Below, in pieces: positions 1 to 7,366 of a stretch of DNA of 42,787 nt. The translations under genes and the position numbers were made by a program. The notes beneath the pieces are model-generated. The model ran no database searches. It was not told the DNA's origin and saw only the letters and a program-made list of their open reading frames with translations. Each line of letters begins with the position of its first letter. Position 1 is the stretch's first letter. The DNA lies in contig JBIKUX010000023.1 of NCBI GenBank assembly GCA_044347345.1, forward strand, positions 1 to 42,787, written 5' to 3'. The stretch is from Bdellovibrionota bacterium (lineage in GTDB: Bacteria; Bdellovibrionota_C; UBA2361; JBIKUX01).

Positions 1-44
1 CACTTTTTATTGTATTTCAGATTACAATAGTTAAACACCTGTTT

Positions 45-121
45 GGTGGGCGTAGCTCAATAGGTAGAGCACCGGATTGTGGTTCCGGTGGTTGTGGGTT
101 CAAGCCCCATCGCTCACCCCA
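45..121 (+). tRNA. tRNA-His (anticodon GTG) with G-1 and encoded CCA
   Basis: Acceptor stem GTGGGCG (46-52) pairs with CGCTCAC (111-117). The extra G45:C118 pair is typical of tRNA-His. Anticodon arm CCGGA-TTGTGGT-TCCGG, T-arm GGTTCAAGCC, CCA at 119-121. Confidence 0.97.
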
Positions 122-130
122 TTTATACCC

Positions 131-344
131 GCATCAGATGCACTGGATGCAGGTTTGTGATTTGACCTTCAGAACTCTCTGAAAAACCCCTTACTCTCTT
201 AATATTATTAGTGTTCCAGGGTGTCGGTGTTGCATCTTTCATTTTTGAGAAGTGCCTCGACATTTCAGGAAATGTCAGACTTTGGATGCAAAAAGGATGC
301 ATTTGCATCCTGGGGTATTTTGAAAAGTGGGTGCACAGGGTGCA
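131..344. promoter_or_regulatory. Left-end (attL-like) cluster of putative integrase arm-type sites, GG(A/G)TGCA
   Basis: GGATGCA at 145-151, 284-290 and 295-301; inverted TGCATCC at 304-310; GGGTGCA at 329-335 and 338-344; ATTTCAGGA at 262-270. The same motifs recur at the right-end cassettes. Confidence 0.65.
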
Positions 345-349
345 CTTTG

Positions 350-898
350 TTATTCTTTGAGTTTCCCACCCATATTTTGCGGCAACTTCTCTCTGAGAAG
401 GTCGAACTCTTCAGCAGTCAGCATGAGTTCTATATCTAACCCCTCTTTACGGGTGCTCTCCGCTTCTAAGAGCTTCGCTTTTAGGTTGCTTCTGATTTCG
501 GTCACCTTAGGGTTATCTACCTTCGGCGGTGTATTCTGATTTGTGTAGAGCTGCCACAGCTCAGCGATAGCGAGCTTAGGGTTATCACGAAATGAAGCGG
601 GTATACCTTTCCAGTATGCTTCATCGTCAGGGAACACTGCTACAAAGTCTTTAAGCACCGACCTGATGCGATTTCGATCAAGGTGTGGTTTCTCGGGGTC
701 TCTAGCGATCTCAAAGAAGAAGAACTGAACCAACTTATCTATAACGCTGGCAGAGGGGATCACCTTAGGGTTGCTCTGTATTCTCGACAAAACGTTCCTA
801 TCGCAGCCACTGCGCTCTGAAAGCTCTTTTAGGGTGATTTTTCGACCCTCCTTGGCCTCCAGTTTCTCTAATAGTTTCGCTAGGTTAAACCTGATCAT
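350..898 (-). CDS. XRE/Cro-like helix-turn-helix repressor with a C-terminal extension
   Basis: N-terminal ITLKELSERSGCDRNVLSRI HTH pattern; divergent from xis-int, as in phage and satellite switches. Confidence 0.75.
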   Translation of the reverse strand: MIRFNLAKLLEKLEAKEGRKITLKELSERSGCDRNVLSRIQSNPKVIPSASVIDKLVQFFFFEIARDPEKPHLDRNRIRSVLKDFVAVFPDDEAYWKGIPASFRDNPKLAIAELWQLYTNQNTPPKVDNPKVTEIRSNLKAKLLEAESTRKEGLDIELMLTAEEFDLLREKLPQNMGGKLKE

Positions 899-926
899 AA
901 AACAACAAAACGATGTAAGAAATGTC

Positions 927-956
927 TTGACACCGTGCTCTTTAATGAGTTATACT
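927..956 (+). promoter_or_regulatory. sigma70-type promoter for xis-int
   Basis: TTGACA (927-932), 18-bp spacer, TATACT (951-956). Confidence 0.6.
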
Positions 957-968
957 TATAATATGAGT

Positions 969-990
969 TGGGCAGTAAGCTTACTTCCCA
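969..990. promoter_or_regulatory. Palindromic operator candidate between repressor and xis
   Basis: TGGGcAGTAAGCTTACTtCCCA: perfect 12-bp core at 974-985 plus flanking TGGG/CCCA, just downstream of the promoter. Confidence 0.45.
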
Positions 991-1064
991 CTCTTAATAT
1001 GATTATAGCGCATTTCGGATGCCTAAGTCAAATACTTAAATGTTTTAAATGGGGTTGCTTGTAT

Positions 1065-1256
1065 ATGAACACCAACGAAGTAATAGGTTCTGAACTACTC
1101 ACCGCTGAAGATGCAGCAGACATGCTCTCAATGAGCGTTAACGCATTTCGCATCTTCGTTCACCGCTACGGTAGCAAGATCAAAAAAGTAAAACTCGGTA
1201 AGCGAAAGACCTTCTACTACAGGTCAAGCATTCTTGCGCTCCTGCAAGAATGCTAA
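1065..1256 (+). CDS. Excisionase / AlpA-MerR-like HTH protein
   Basis: From ATG 1065: MNTNEVIGSELLTAEDAADMLSMSVNAFRIFVHR...KVKLGKRKTFYYRSSI, a winged-HTH xis pattern directly upstream of the integrase. Confidence 0.75.
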   Translation: MNTNEVIGSELLTAEDAADMLSMSVNAFRIFVHRYGSKIKKVKLGKRKTFYYRSSILALLQEC

Positions 1257-1300
1257 CTCGCATCAGGTTTTTAGTTGTTTGTTTTTTTGAAGTTGTATTT

Positions 1301-2374
1301 ATGAGCATTAAAGTGATCACGAACGGTAAGAAAGTTAGATATGACGTGCAGGTATCAGCAAGACACCCGATTACAAGGAAACGTGAGTTTCTTCGCCGTC
1401 GTGCAGATAATAAATGGGCTGCACAGCAGTTAGAAAAAGAGCTTTACCAAGAGTTGAAAGCAAAACAGTCAGGTATTCAACTGCCTAGTTGGTTGCATCT
1501 TGTTGCAGCGTATGAAGCGCAGTGTCTCATCAATAAAGCAGCATCAACCAAGCACAACGAGCTTTCGATTCTTAGTCATCATGCAACCCCTCTGCTTCAT
1601 TCAAAACTTGTAAATCAGATCACAGAAGTAGACATCAGAGAAATACTGAATCGCATTGACCCTGAAAGATCATTGAGTCTGAAACATAACGTACGAAAAT
1701 GCATCGCAAATGTCTTTAACTATGCGCTTGAGTGTAGATACATCACTGATAACCCATGCAGAAGAATCAAGCTTGCAAAAATACCTGAGCCATCGCTCAA
1801 CATTCTCACCGATGAACAGATCAAAACCTTTTTAAAGAAAGCAGAAGAGACGGGTATGGAATGGTTTCCAATCTGGGCGATTGCAATCTACACGGGCCTT
1901 AGAAGTGGAGAGCTAATCTCTCTTCGTTATCGCCATATTGACCACAATCAAAGTAAGCCAGTTATCAAGGTTCAAGAGAGCTGGACAAAGCAAGGCGGAT
2001 ACAAACCTTTCACTAAGAATAAGCAGGTGCGCACAGTTCCAATGAACAAGGAAGTTCAGCGCATCATTGAAAAGCTAAGAGCAGACAACCCAAACAACTG
2101 TAAACCCGAAGATTTTATCTTACCGCAAATACCTACCTGGAAGCAGGGAGACGCAGCGAAAGACCTTAAAGCGTTTCTTCAGGGGTGTGGTTTGCCTGTG
2201 ATTAGATTTCATGACCTTCGTGCTTGCTTTATCAGTCAGTTGTTACTGGGTGGTGTCCAACCTTCAGTAGTAATGAAGATGGTGGGCCACGGCGACATGA
2301 AAACATTGATGCGTTATTGCAGGCACACTGGTTCAGATGTGCTGGGTCAGACTGATGTCTTGGATTTTTCTTAA
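1301..2374 (+). CDS. int: Tyrosine recombinase / integrase (alternative start 1250)
   Basis: Catalytic motifs YTGLRSGEL (R), TKNK (K), FHDLR (HxxR), MVGHGD (H), TLMRY (Y), with an N-terminal arm-binding-like region. Confidence 0.95.
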   Translation: MSIKVITNGKKVRYDVQVSARHPITRKREFLRRRADNKWAAQQLEKELYQELKAKQSGIQLPSWLHLVAAYEAQCLINKAASTKHNELSILSHHATPLLHSKLVNQITEVDIREILNRIDPERSLSLKHNVRKCIANVFNYALECRYITDNPCRRIKLAKIPEPSLNILTDEQIKTFLKKAEETGMEWFPIWAIAIYTGLRSGELISLRYRHIDHNQSKPVIKVQESWTKQGGYKPFTKNKQVRTVPMNKEVQRIIEKLRADNPNNCKPEDFILPQIPTWKQGDAAKDLKAFLQGCGLPVIRFHDLRACFISQLLLGGVQPSVVMKMVGHGDMKTLMRYCRHTGSDVLGQTDVLDFS

Positions 2375-2388
2375 ACTATTTAATAACA

Positions 2389-2742
2389 ATGGAGAATGCA
2401 GTGGATTACCCAGATTACCTACACTTGAAGAAGAAATACAGAAGGCTGAGAAAGGTACTTAAAGAATCTGAAGCCCAAGCACTTCAGCGAGGCAAGTCCA
2501 CGGAGATCGAGAAAGTTTTGCTCGACATAGTACAAGCTGCGCAGGTTCTTTACGTGAAAGGTCTCATCAAAGACACTCCAGAGGTGATCGTTTTCAAATA
2601 TTTGGTGGATTGGTGGTTCGACGATACGGTGAGTGAGTTTCTCGATGGTCAAACCCCTGAATGGTATCAGTTAACGAAAATCAATAGATCCAGTCTCATG
2701 GAGGCGCGGCAGGCACCAAAGGGCCACATCGACATGCGTTGA
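2389..2742 (+). CDS. Hypothetical protein, 117 aa, basic helical N-terminus
   Basis: ATG ORF starting 14 bp after the integrase stop, co-oriented. No family recognised. Confidence 0.6.
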   Translation: MENAVDYPDYLHLKKKYRRLRKVLKESEAQALQRGKSTEIEKVLLDIVQAAQVLYVKGLIKDTPEVIVFKYLVDWWFDDTVSEFLDGQTPEWYQLTKINRSSLMEARQAPKGHIDMR

Positions 2743-2766
2743 TAGAACTTGCAGGTATAGAGAATA

Positions 2767-2774
2767 TATAAATA
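2767..2774 (+). promoter_or_regulatory. TATAAATA box (T4-type late promoter consensus) upstream of the structured region
   Basis: Exact octamer in intergenic DNA immediately 5' of the hairpin-dense region. No convincing -35 seen. Confidence 0.45.
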
Positions 2775-2779
2775 GAAAG

Positions 2780-3330
2780 TAGTTAATAGCGCATTTCCGT
2801 TGTTTAACGAGATGTGGTGAAAATAACGACCTTGTCGGTGCGAGAAGTGCTGTCTTGGTATTCAGTTGGCAACTAATACCATTCTGGGCGAAAGCAAAGT
2901 AAGAGACTGTCGTAAGAGCCAGGGCTGCAAAGTTGGAAACGCAGCCTATAACGCTGTAATGCGTGTGGAGACTAACTCTCAATCAACCTGTTCAACACGA
3001 AGTAGGAGCCAACCTACCAAGTGCCACGGTCAATCTCTTTGCTGTGGATTTACACTTGCCGCTGGTGCTGAATAAGCATGTATGGCGTCGTAAAAGTGAG
3101 ACAGGCTTAACCGCCACTTCCCTCGCAAGAGGTTGCGCTTTAGAGATTGTGATGAAGGGACCCGTACGCAAACCCTGACACAATACACCCCATAGTAGGG
3201 TGTATTGTATCTCCCCGACGCAAACTGGAACTTATAAGACCTAAAAACAGGAACATGCACTTCGTAAGAAGTGCAATAGAACCGAACGAAGTGAGGTTCT
3301 ATGATTCAAGGGCTTCTAGGCCTTGTATGC
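2780..3330 (+). ncRNA. Putative large structured non-coding RNA (~550 nt); boundaries approximate
   Basis: More than 12 back-to-back stems, e.g. TGGTATT/AATACCA (2856-2881), GGCTGC/GCAGCC (2923-2946), CAAGTG-CCACGGT/GCTGTGG-CACTTG (3018-3058), CCTC-GCAA-GAGG (3121-3132), an 11-bp stem at 3180-3208, TGCACTTC-GTAA-GAAGTGCA (3256-3275). GNRA loops on the + strand. Loop 3031-3038 is complementary to 3142-3149. Confidence 0.65.
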
Positions 3331-3436
3331 AACCTCAACTTGCTCCACATCGGCTGATCATTTCCAGAGCCTATTAGGACTTATTCCAAGCCAGAAACTA
3401 AAGTCTTCAAATACCCGCCACTGAGTTGCTCCTCCT

Positions 3437-3444
3437 TATAAATA
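3437..3444 (+). promoter_or_regulatory. Second TATAAATA box upstream of the small-ORF operon
   Basis: Exact octamer 38 bp before ATG 3483, with an AAGGA RBS in between. Confidence 0.45.
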
Positions 3445-3482
3445 CACAAGAGATACATGTACCCCTTTAAGGAAAACGACTG

Positions 3483-3722
3483 ATGAGTAAGCCAAGATCA
3501 AAGACTGCACAGATCAGATTATTATTACCTGAAGATTGGATACCTGAACTTGATAACCTGGCAGCCTCAAGGTTCCTAACGCGCCTTGGACTGATCAGAT
3601 ATTATCTTCGTTTCAAGATGAATGAGGAACTGACAACTCTTGCAGAGCACTTCAAGCAAACTGAGCAAAACAGACTTACTCATCAGCGCCTTTCTCGTAA
3701 GATTGATGATTATCGGAGATAG
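3483..3722 (+). CDS. Ribbon-helix-helix (CopG/Arc-like) DNA-binding protein
   Basis: TAQIRLLLPEDWIPELDNLAASRFLTRLGLIRYYL fits the strand-helix-helix pattern; RBS present. Confidence 0.65.
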   Translation: MSKPRSKTAQIRLLLPEDWIPELDNLAASRFLTRLGLIRYYLRFKMNEELTTLAEHFKQTEQNRLTHQRLSRKIDDYRR

Positions 3723-3725
3723 ACC

Positions 3726-3923
3726 ATGGCAAAAGTTATTTCCAAAGCTGAAGCGATAAAAATCATTAATCAACTTGAGCCACTTGAGATCTTACATGAA
3801 GCACTTGATCGTAATGAAACCATGCCAGTCAAGCAGACCAAGTTAACAAGGTTCATCAACTTGATTCAAAAACAGATCAAGGATGAGCGCGACATTTTTT
3901 GGATTGCCATTAAAGTAAAGTAG
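3726..3923 (+). CDS. Small hypothetical protein, 65 aa
   Basis: Tightly packed between co-oriented ORFs (3-4 bp gaps). Confidence 0.6.
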   Translation: MAKVISKAEAIKIINQLEPLEILHEALDRNETMPVKQTKLTRFINLIQKQIKDERDIFWIAIKVK

Positions 3924-3927
3924 TAAG

Positions 3928-4296
3928 ATGAAATCTTTCCGTCAGATTATTCAAGGTCAAGCCGAAGCAAAGCGTTCCAATAAGACCATAAAAGAAAGTC
4001 TCATCGGGAAAGGTTTTTCCGCGGTTCAGAATCGTCAGCACCAGACACTTAGAACGCAAGCACTTTCCAAGCTTTCAGCTATACAGAGCGATTGCCGTTT
4101 GGCGATTCAAGAAGATGATGAGCGTAAGCGCGAGGAACATCTATTTCATTTAATCTTTGATCTCGCTGCCACGCTGAAGCTCTTCGCTGAGATGTCAACC
4201 TGCACCAATAATATCAGCGCCATGGCAGTGTTTGATCAGGAAAGTCTAAAGAGAGAACTTGCTCCTGTAATCAAGTCCATTACACAGAAGCGTTAA
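3928..4296 (+). CDS. Hypothetical helical protein, 122 aa; N-terminus MKSFRQII resembles T4-like capsid-targeting leaders
   Basis: Third gene of the small operon. The leader resemblance was judged by eye only. Confidence 0.6.
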   Translation: MKSFRQIIQGQAEAKRSNKTIKESLIGKGFSAVQNRQHQTLRTQALSKLSAIQSDCRLAIQEDDERKREEHLFHLIFDLAATLKLFAEMSTCTNNISAMAVFDQESLKRELAPVIKSITQKR

Positions 4297-4436
4297 AATC
4301 ACCTCACTTGGCTTTAGCCCGCCCAAATAGTCCATAACTCATCAAATCCATTGACCATTCCAGGTCTTAGTGGTTTACTACTACCGTTTCGTTTCTATTA
4401 AGACCTATTAGACAAACTGTGAAGGTAAGAAGGCAA

Positions 4437-4643
4437 ATGGAAGTACATGATGCAGCCGAGCAGTGGGTGTCTGTTGAGCAGATTGCTCAACACTTAAATG
4501 TGAAGGCGTTCACTATTTACAAATGGCTCGAACGTAAAGACATGCCTGCTCACAAGGTCGGAAGACTTTGGAGATTTAAGATTACTGAGATCGATGAGTG
4601 GGTGCGCCGCGGTGATGCTGGTGAAGAGAAGCCCAAGAAATAG
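4437..4643 (+). CDS. Excisionase-family (HTH_17) DNA-binding protein upstream of hsdM
   Basis: WVSVEQIAQHLNVKAFTIYKWLE...MPAHKVGRLWRFKITEIDEWV, the characteristic family pattern often found before type I R-M operons. Confidence 0.88.
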   Translation: MEVHDAAEQWVSVEQIAQHLNVKAFTIYKWLERKDMPAHKVGRLWRFKITEIDEWVRRGDAGEEKPKK

Positions 4644-4667
4644 TTTTAAAGTTGTGATGGAGCAAGC

Positions 4668-6152
4668 GTGATTACAGGTGAGTTAAAATCAAAGGTAGAT
4701 AAGGTCTGGGATGCTTTCTGGTCTGGTGGTATTTCAAACGGTCTTACCGTTATCGAGCAGATAACCTACCTTCTGTTTGTCCGTCGCCTTGATGAGCTTC
4801 ATACCGCAAGAGAGAAGAAAGCAAATCTTTTAAAGAAGCCGATAGAGGAACCAATCTTCCTAGATAACGATCAGGAGCAAAGACTTCGCTGGTCTAGATT
4901 TAAAGATTTAGGTTCACCTGAAAAGATGTATGAGCTTTTCAGAGATAAAGTTTTTCCATTCATAAAAGAAACCCTTCCGAATCGCCAATCAAGCGGCAAT
5001 GAAAGTGCATATGCAAAGTTCATGAAGGATGCGGTCTTTGTAATACCCACACCATCACTGTTTGCCCGTGTCGTTGACATGCTGAACGATATTCCGATGG
5101 AAGATAGAGATACCAAAGGCGATCTCTATGAATATCTTCTTTCAAAGATCGCATCTGCTGGAACAAACGGTCAGTTTAGAACTCCAAGACACATCATCAA
5201 AATGATGGTCGATTTAATGCAGCCAAAACCAGATGACATTGTGAACGACCCAGCTTGTGGAACCTGTGGTTTCTTAGTTGAGACTGGCGAGTATCTGCGG
5301 CGTGTTCATCCTGAAATATTTCACGATGAGAAGAAGAAAAATCACTTTAACAACAAACTCTTTTGTGGAACTGACTTTGACGCCTCTATGCTTCGTATTG
5401 GTGCCATGAATATGGTGCTGCATGGTGTTGAGAACCCACACATAGATCGTATAGATGCACTATCAGAATCAGGCAAAGGTAATCGTAATGCTTACACCTT
5501 AATCTTAGCTAATCCTCCATTCACTGGTTCATTAAACTATGACGAAGTATCCAGTGATCTGTTAGCTCTCAGTAAAACCAAAAAAACAGAGCTTCTTTTC
5601 CTTTCGCTTTTCTTGCAGCAGTTAAAGCCAGGTGGAAGATGCGCCTGCATTGTGCCTGATGGTGTTTTGTTTGGTTCTTCAAAGGCTCACGTTCAGATCA
5701 GAGAGTCATTAGTTGAAGGACACAAGCTTGAGGGAATCATCTCAATGCCGTCAGGTGTCTTTAAGCCTTATGCAGGCGTTTCAACCGCGATCATGATCTT
5801 TACTAAGACCAACTCAGGTGGAACTGATCATGTTTGGTTCTATGACATGGAAGCTGATGGTTTCAGCTTAGACGATAAGCGTGAACCTAAGCTTGAGAAT
5901 GATATTCCAGACATTCTTGAGAAGTGGGCGAAGAGAAATCCTAAGAAAGATACAGAGAGGAATGGTAAGGCGTTCTTTGTTCCGAAGAGTGAGATTGTTG
6001 AGAATAAATACGATCTCTCAATAAATCGGTACAAAGCGGTTGATCATCTTGAATCTTCGCATGATTCACCCACGATAATCCTTGATGAGCTTGAAAAACT
6101 TGAATCAGAGATTCGGCTTGAAATCTCCGCATTAAGGGAGTTGTGTCTGTGA
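4668..6152 (+). CDS. hsdM: Type I R-M methyltransferase subunit
   Basis: GQFRTPRHI, motif I DPACGTCGFL, motif IV NPPF. Confidence 0.97.
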   Translation: MITGELKSKVDKVWDAFWSGGISNGLTVIEQITYLLFVRRLDELHTAREKKANLLKKPIEEPIFLDNDQEQRLRWSRFKDLGSPEKMYELFRDKVFPFIKETLPNRQSSGNESAYAKFMKDAVFVIPTPSLFARVVDMLNDIPMEDRDTKGDLYEYLLSKIASAGTNGQFRTPRHIIKMMVDLMQPKPDDIVNDPACGTCGFLVETGEYLRRVHPEIFHDEKKKNHFNNKLFCGTDFDASMLRIGAMNMVLHGVENPHIDRIDALSESGKGNRNAYTLILANPPFTGSLNYDEVSSDLLALSKTKKTELLFLSLFLQQLKPGGRCACIVPDGVLFGSSKAHVQIRESLVEGHKLEGIISMPSGVFKPYAGVSTAIMIFTKTNSGGTDHVWFYDMEADGFSLDDKREPKLENDIPDILEKWAKRNPKKDTERNGKAFFVPKSEIVENKYDLSINRYKAVDHLESSHDSPTIILDELEKLESEIRLEISALRELCL

Positions 6153-7366
6153 ACGGAGAAAAGTATAGCTGGCAATGGGTGCGTAGCGGCGATGTCCTCG
6201 ATATTAGAGATGGCACACATGATACGCCTAAAAAAGCTGACCAGGGCTTCCCATTAATAACCTCCAAGAACTTATCAAAAGGGTTTATTGACTTTGCTGA
6301 GTCATATTTCATCAGCGCCCTAGATCATCAAGCAATCAAGAAGCGATCAGGTGTCTCAAGGGGGGATATTCTAATGCCCATGATTGGGACAATCGGAAAC
6401 CCTGTAATAGTGGACACGGAAGTTGAGTTCTCCATCAAGAATGTAGCTTTGTTTCGCAAAGAGGCTAGCCCATACGATGAAAGGTTTTTGTTTCATCTTC
6501 TCAAATCGCCGATAGTTGTACGGCAGCTTGACAAGGAGCAACGTGGTGGAACACAGAAGTTCGTTTCTCTTGGGAAGTTAAGAAATCTCGATCTACCGCT
6601 CCCTCCTCTCCCCGAACAAAAACGCATAGCAGTAGTCCTTGACAAAGCAAATGGCATTCGCCGAAAGCGTGAGAAAGCGATTGAGCTTACCGATTCATTT
6701 TTGAGGTCGATGTTTTTGGAGATGTTTGGGGATCCTGTTTCCAATCCAAAAAAATGGGACGTGATGAAAGTCGGAGAAGTTTGCGATTCGATTGTGCCAG
6801 GTCGGGATAAGCCGAAGAGCTTTACGGGAACTATGCCATGGGTTTTAAGCGATGATCTTAACCATGGTGATTTCACTTCTGTGTCGAAACAGCAGTTGGG
6901 ACTTACGGATGCAGAGATTACCGAAGTTCGAGCGCGAGTGATCCCCAAAGGCAGTGTCTTAATGACATGTGTTGGGAGACTAGGTGTTGTAAGTATTGCA
7001 GGCTGTGACTTGGTGATAAATCAGCAACTCCACAGTTTTCAATGTAAGCCAAAGATCAATAACCTTTTCCTTTGCGCGCTTCTTCCCTGGAGGAAGAAAT
7101 ACATGGAACAGCATGCCTCTGCGACAACGGTTCCTTACATGAACAAAACAACCTGCAACTCCATTCCTATAATAGTTCCACCCGTAGAACTTCAAAATCA
7201 GTTCGCCCGAGTGGCTTCGTCACACCTAACACTTAAAGCCAAACTGGGAAGTTCATTGCAAATGGCAGAGGCTCTATCAGCATCGCTATCCAAGAATCTA
7301 TTTGATGGAGTCACCGCAAGGGTTTCGCGTATTGCTCCATTAGAGGAGGCAGCACATGCTCTCTAA
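6143..7366 (+). CDS. hsdS: Type I R-M specificity subunit
   Basis: Two variable TRDs with conserved PLPPLPEQKRI, FLEMFGDP and VPPVELQNQF spacers; overlaps hsdM and hsdR. Confidence 0.95.
   Translation: MSVNGEKYSWQWVRSGDVLDIRDGTHDTPKKADQGFPLITSKNLSKGFIDFAESYFISALDHQAIKKRSGVSRGDILMPMIGTIGNPVIVDTEVEFSIKNVALFRKEASPYDERFLFHLLKSPIVVRQLDKEQRGGTQKFVSLGKLRNLDLPLPPLPEQKRIAVVLDKANGIRRKREKAIELTDSFLRSMFLEMFGDPVSNPKKWDVMKVGEVCDSIVPGRDKPKSFTGTMPWVLSDDLNHGDFTSVSKQQLGLTDAEITEVRARVIPKGSVLMTCVGRLGVVSIAGCDLVINQQLHSFQCKPKINNLFLCALLPWRKKYMEQHASATTVPYMNKTTCNSIPIIVPPVELQNQFARVASSHLTLKAKLGSSLQMAEALSASLSKNLFDGVTARVSRIAPLEEAAHAL

Noticed and set aside
771-1064. 161-aa extended version of the xis ORF
   Set aside because: It overlaps the repressor gene and the promoter. 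The HTH domain begins at ATG 1065.
2671-3260. Short ORFs overlapping the structured region
   Set aside because: They overlap each other on both strands, have weak starts and no recognisable motifs. RNA or DNA structure explains the region better.
2780-3330. Group I/II intron, tmRNA or RNase P identity
   Set aside because: A GTGCG occurs at 2838, but I found no domain V, P7 core, tRNA-like ends with tag peptide, or GAGGAAAGTCC motif.
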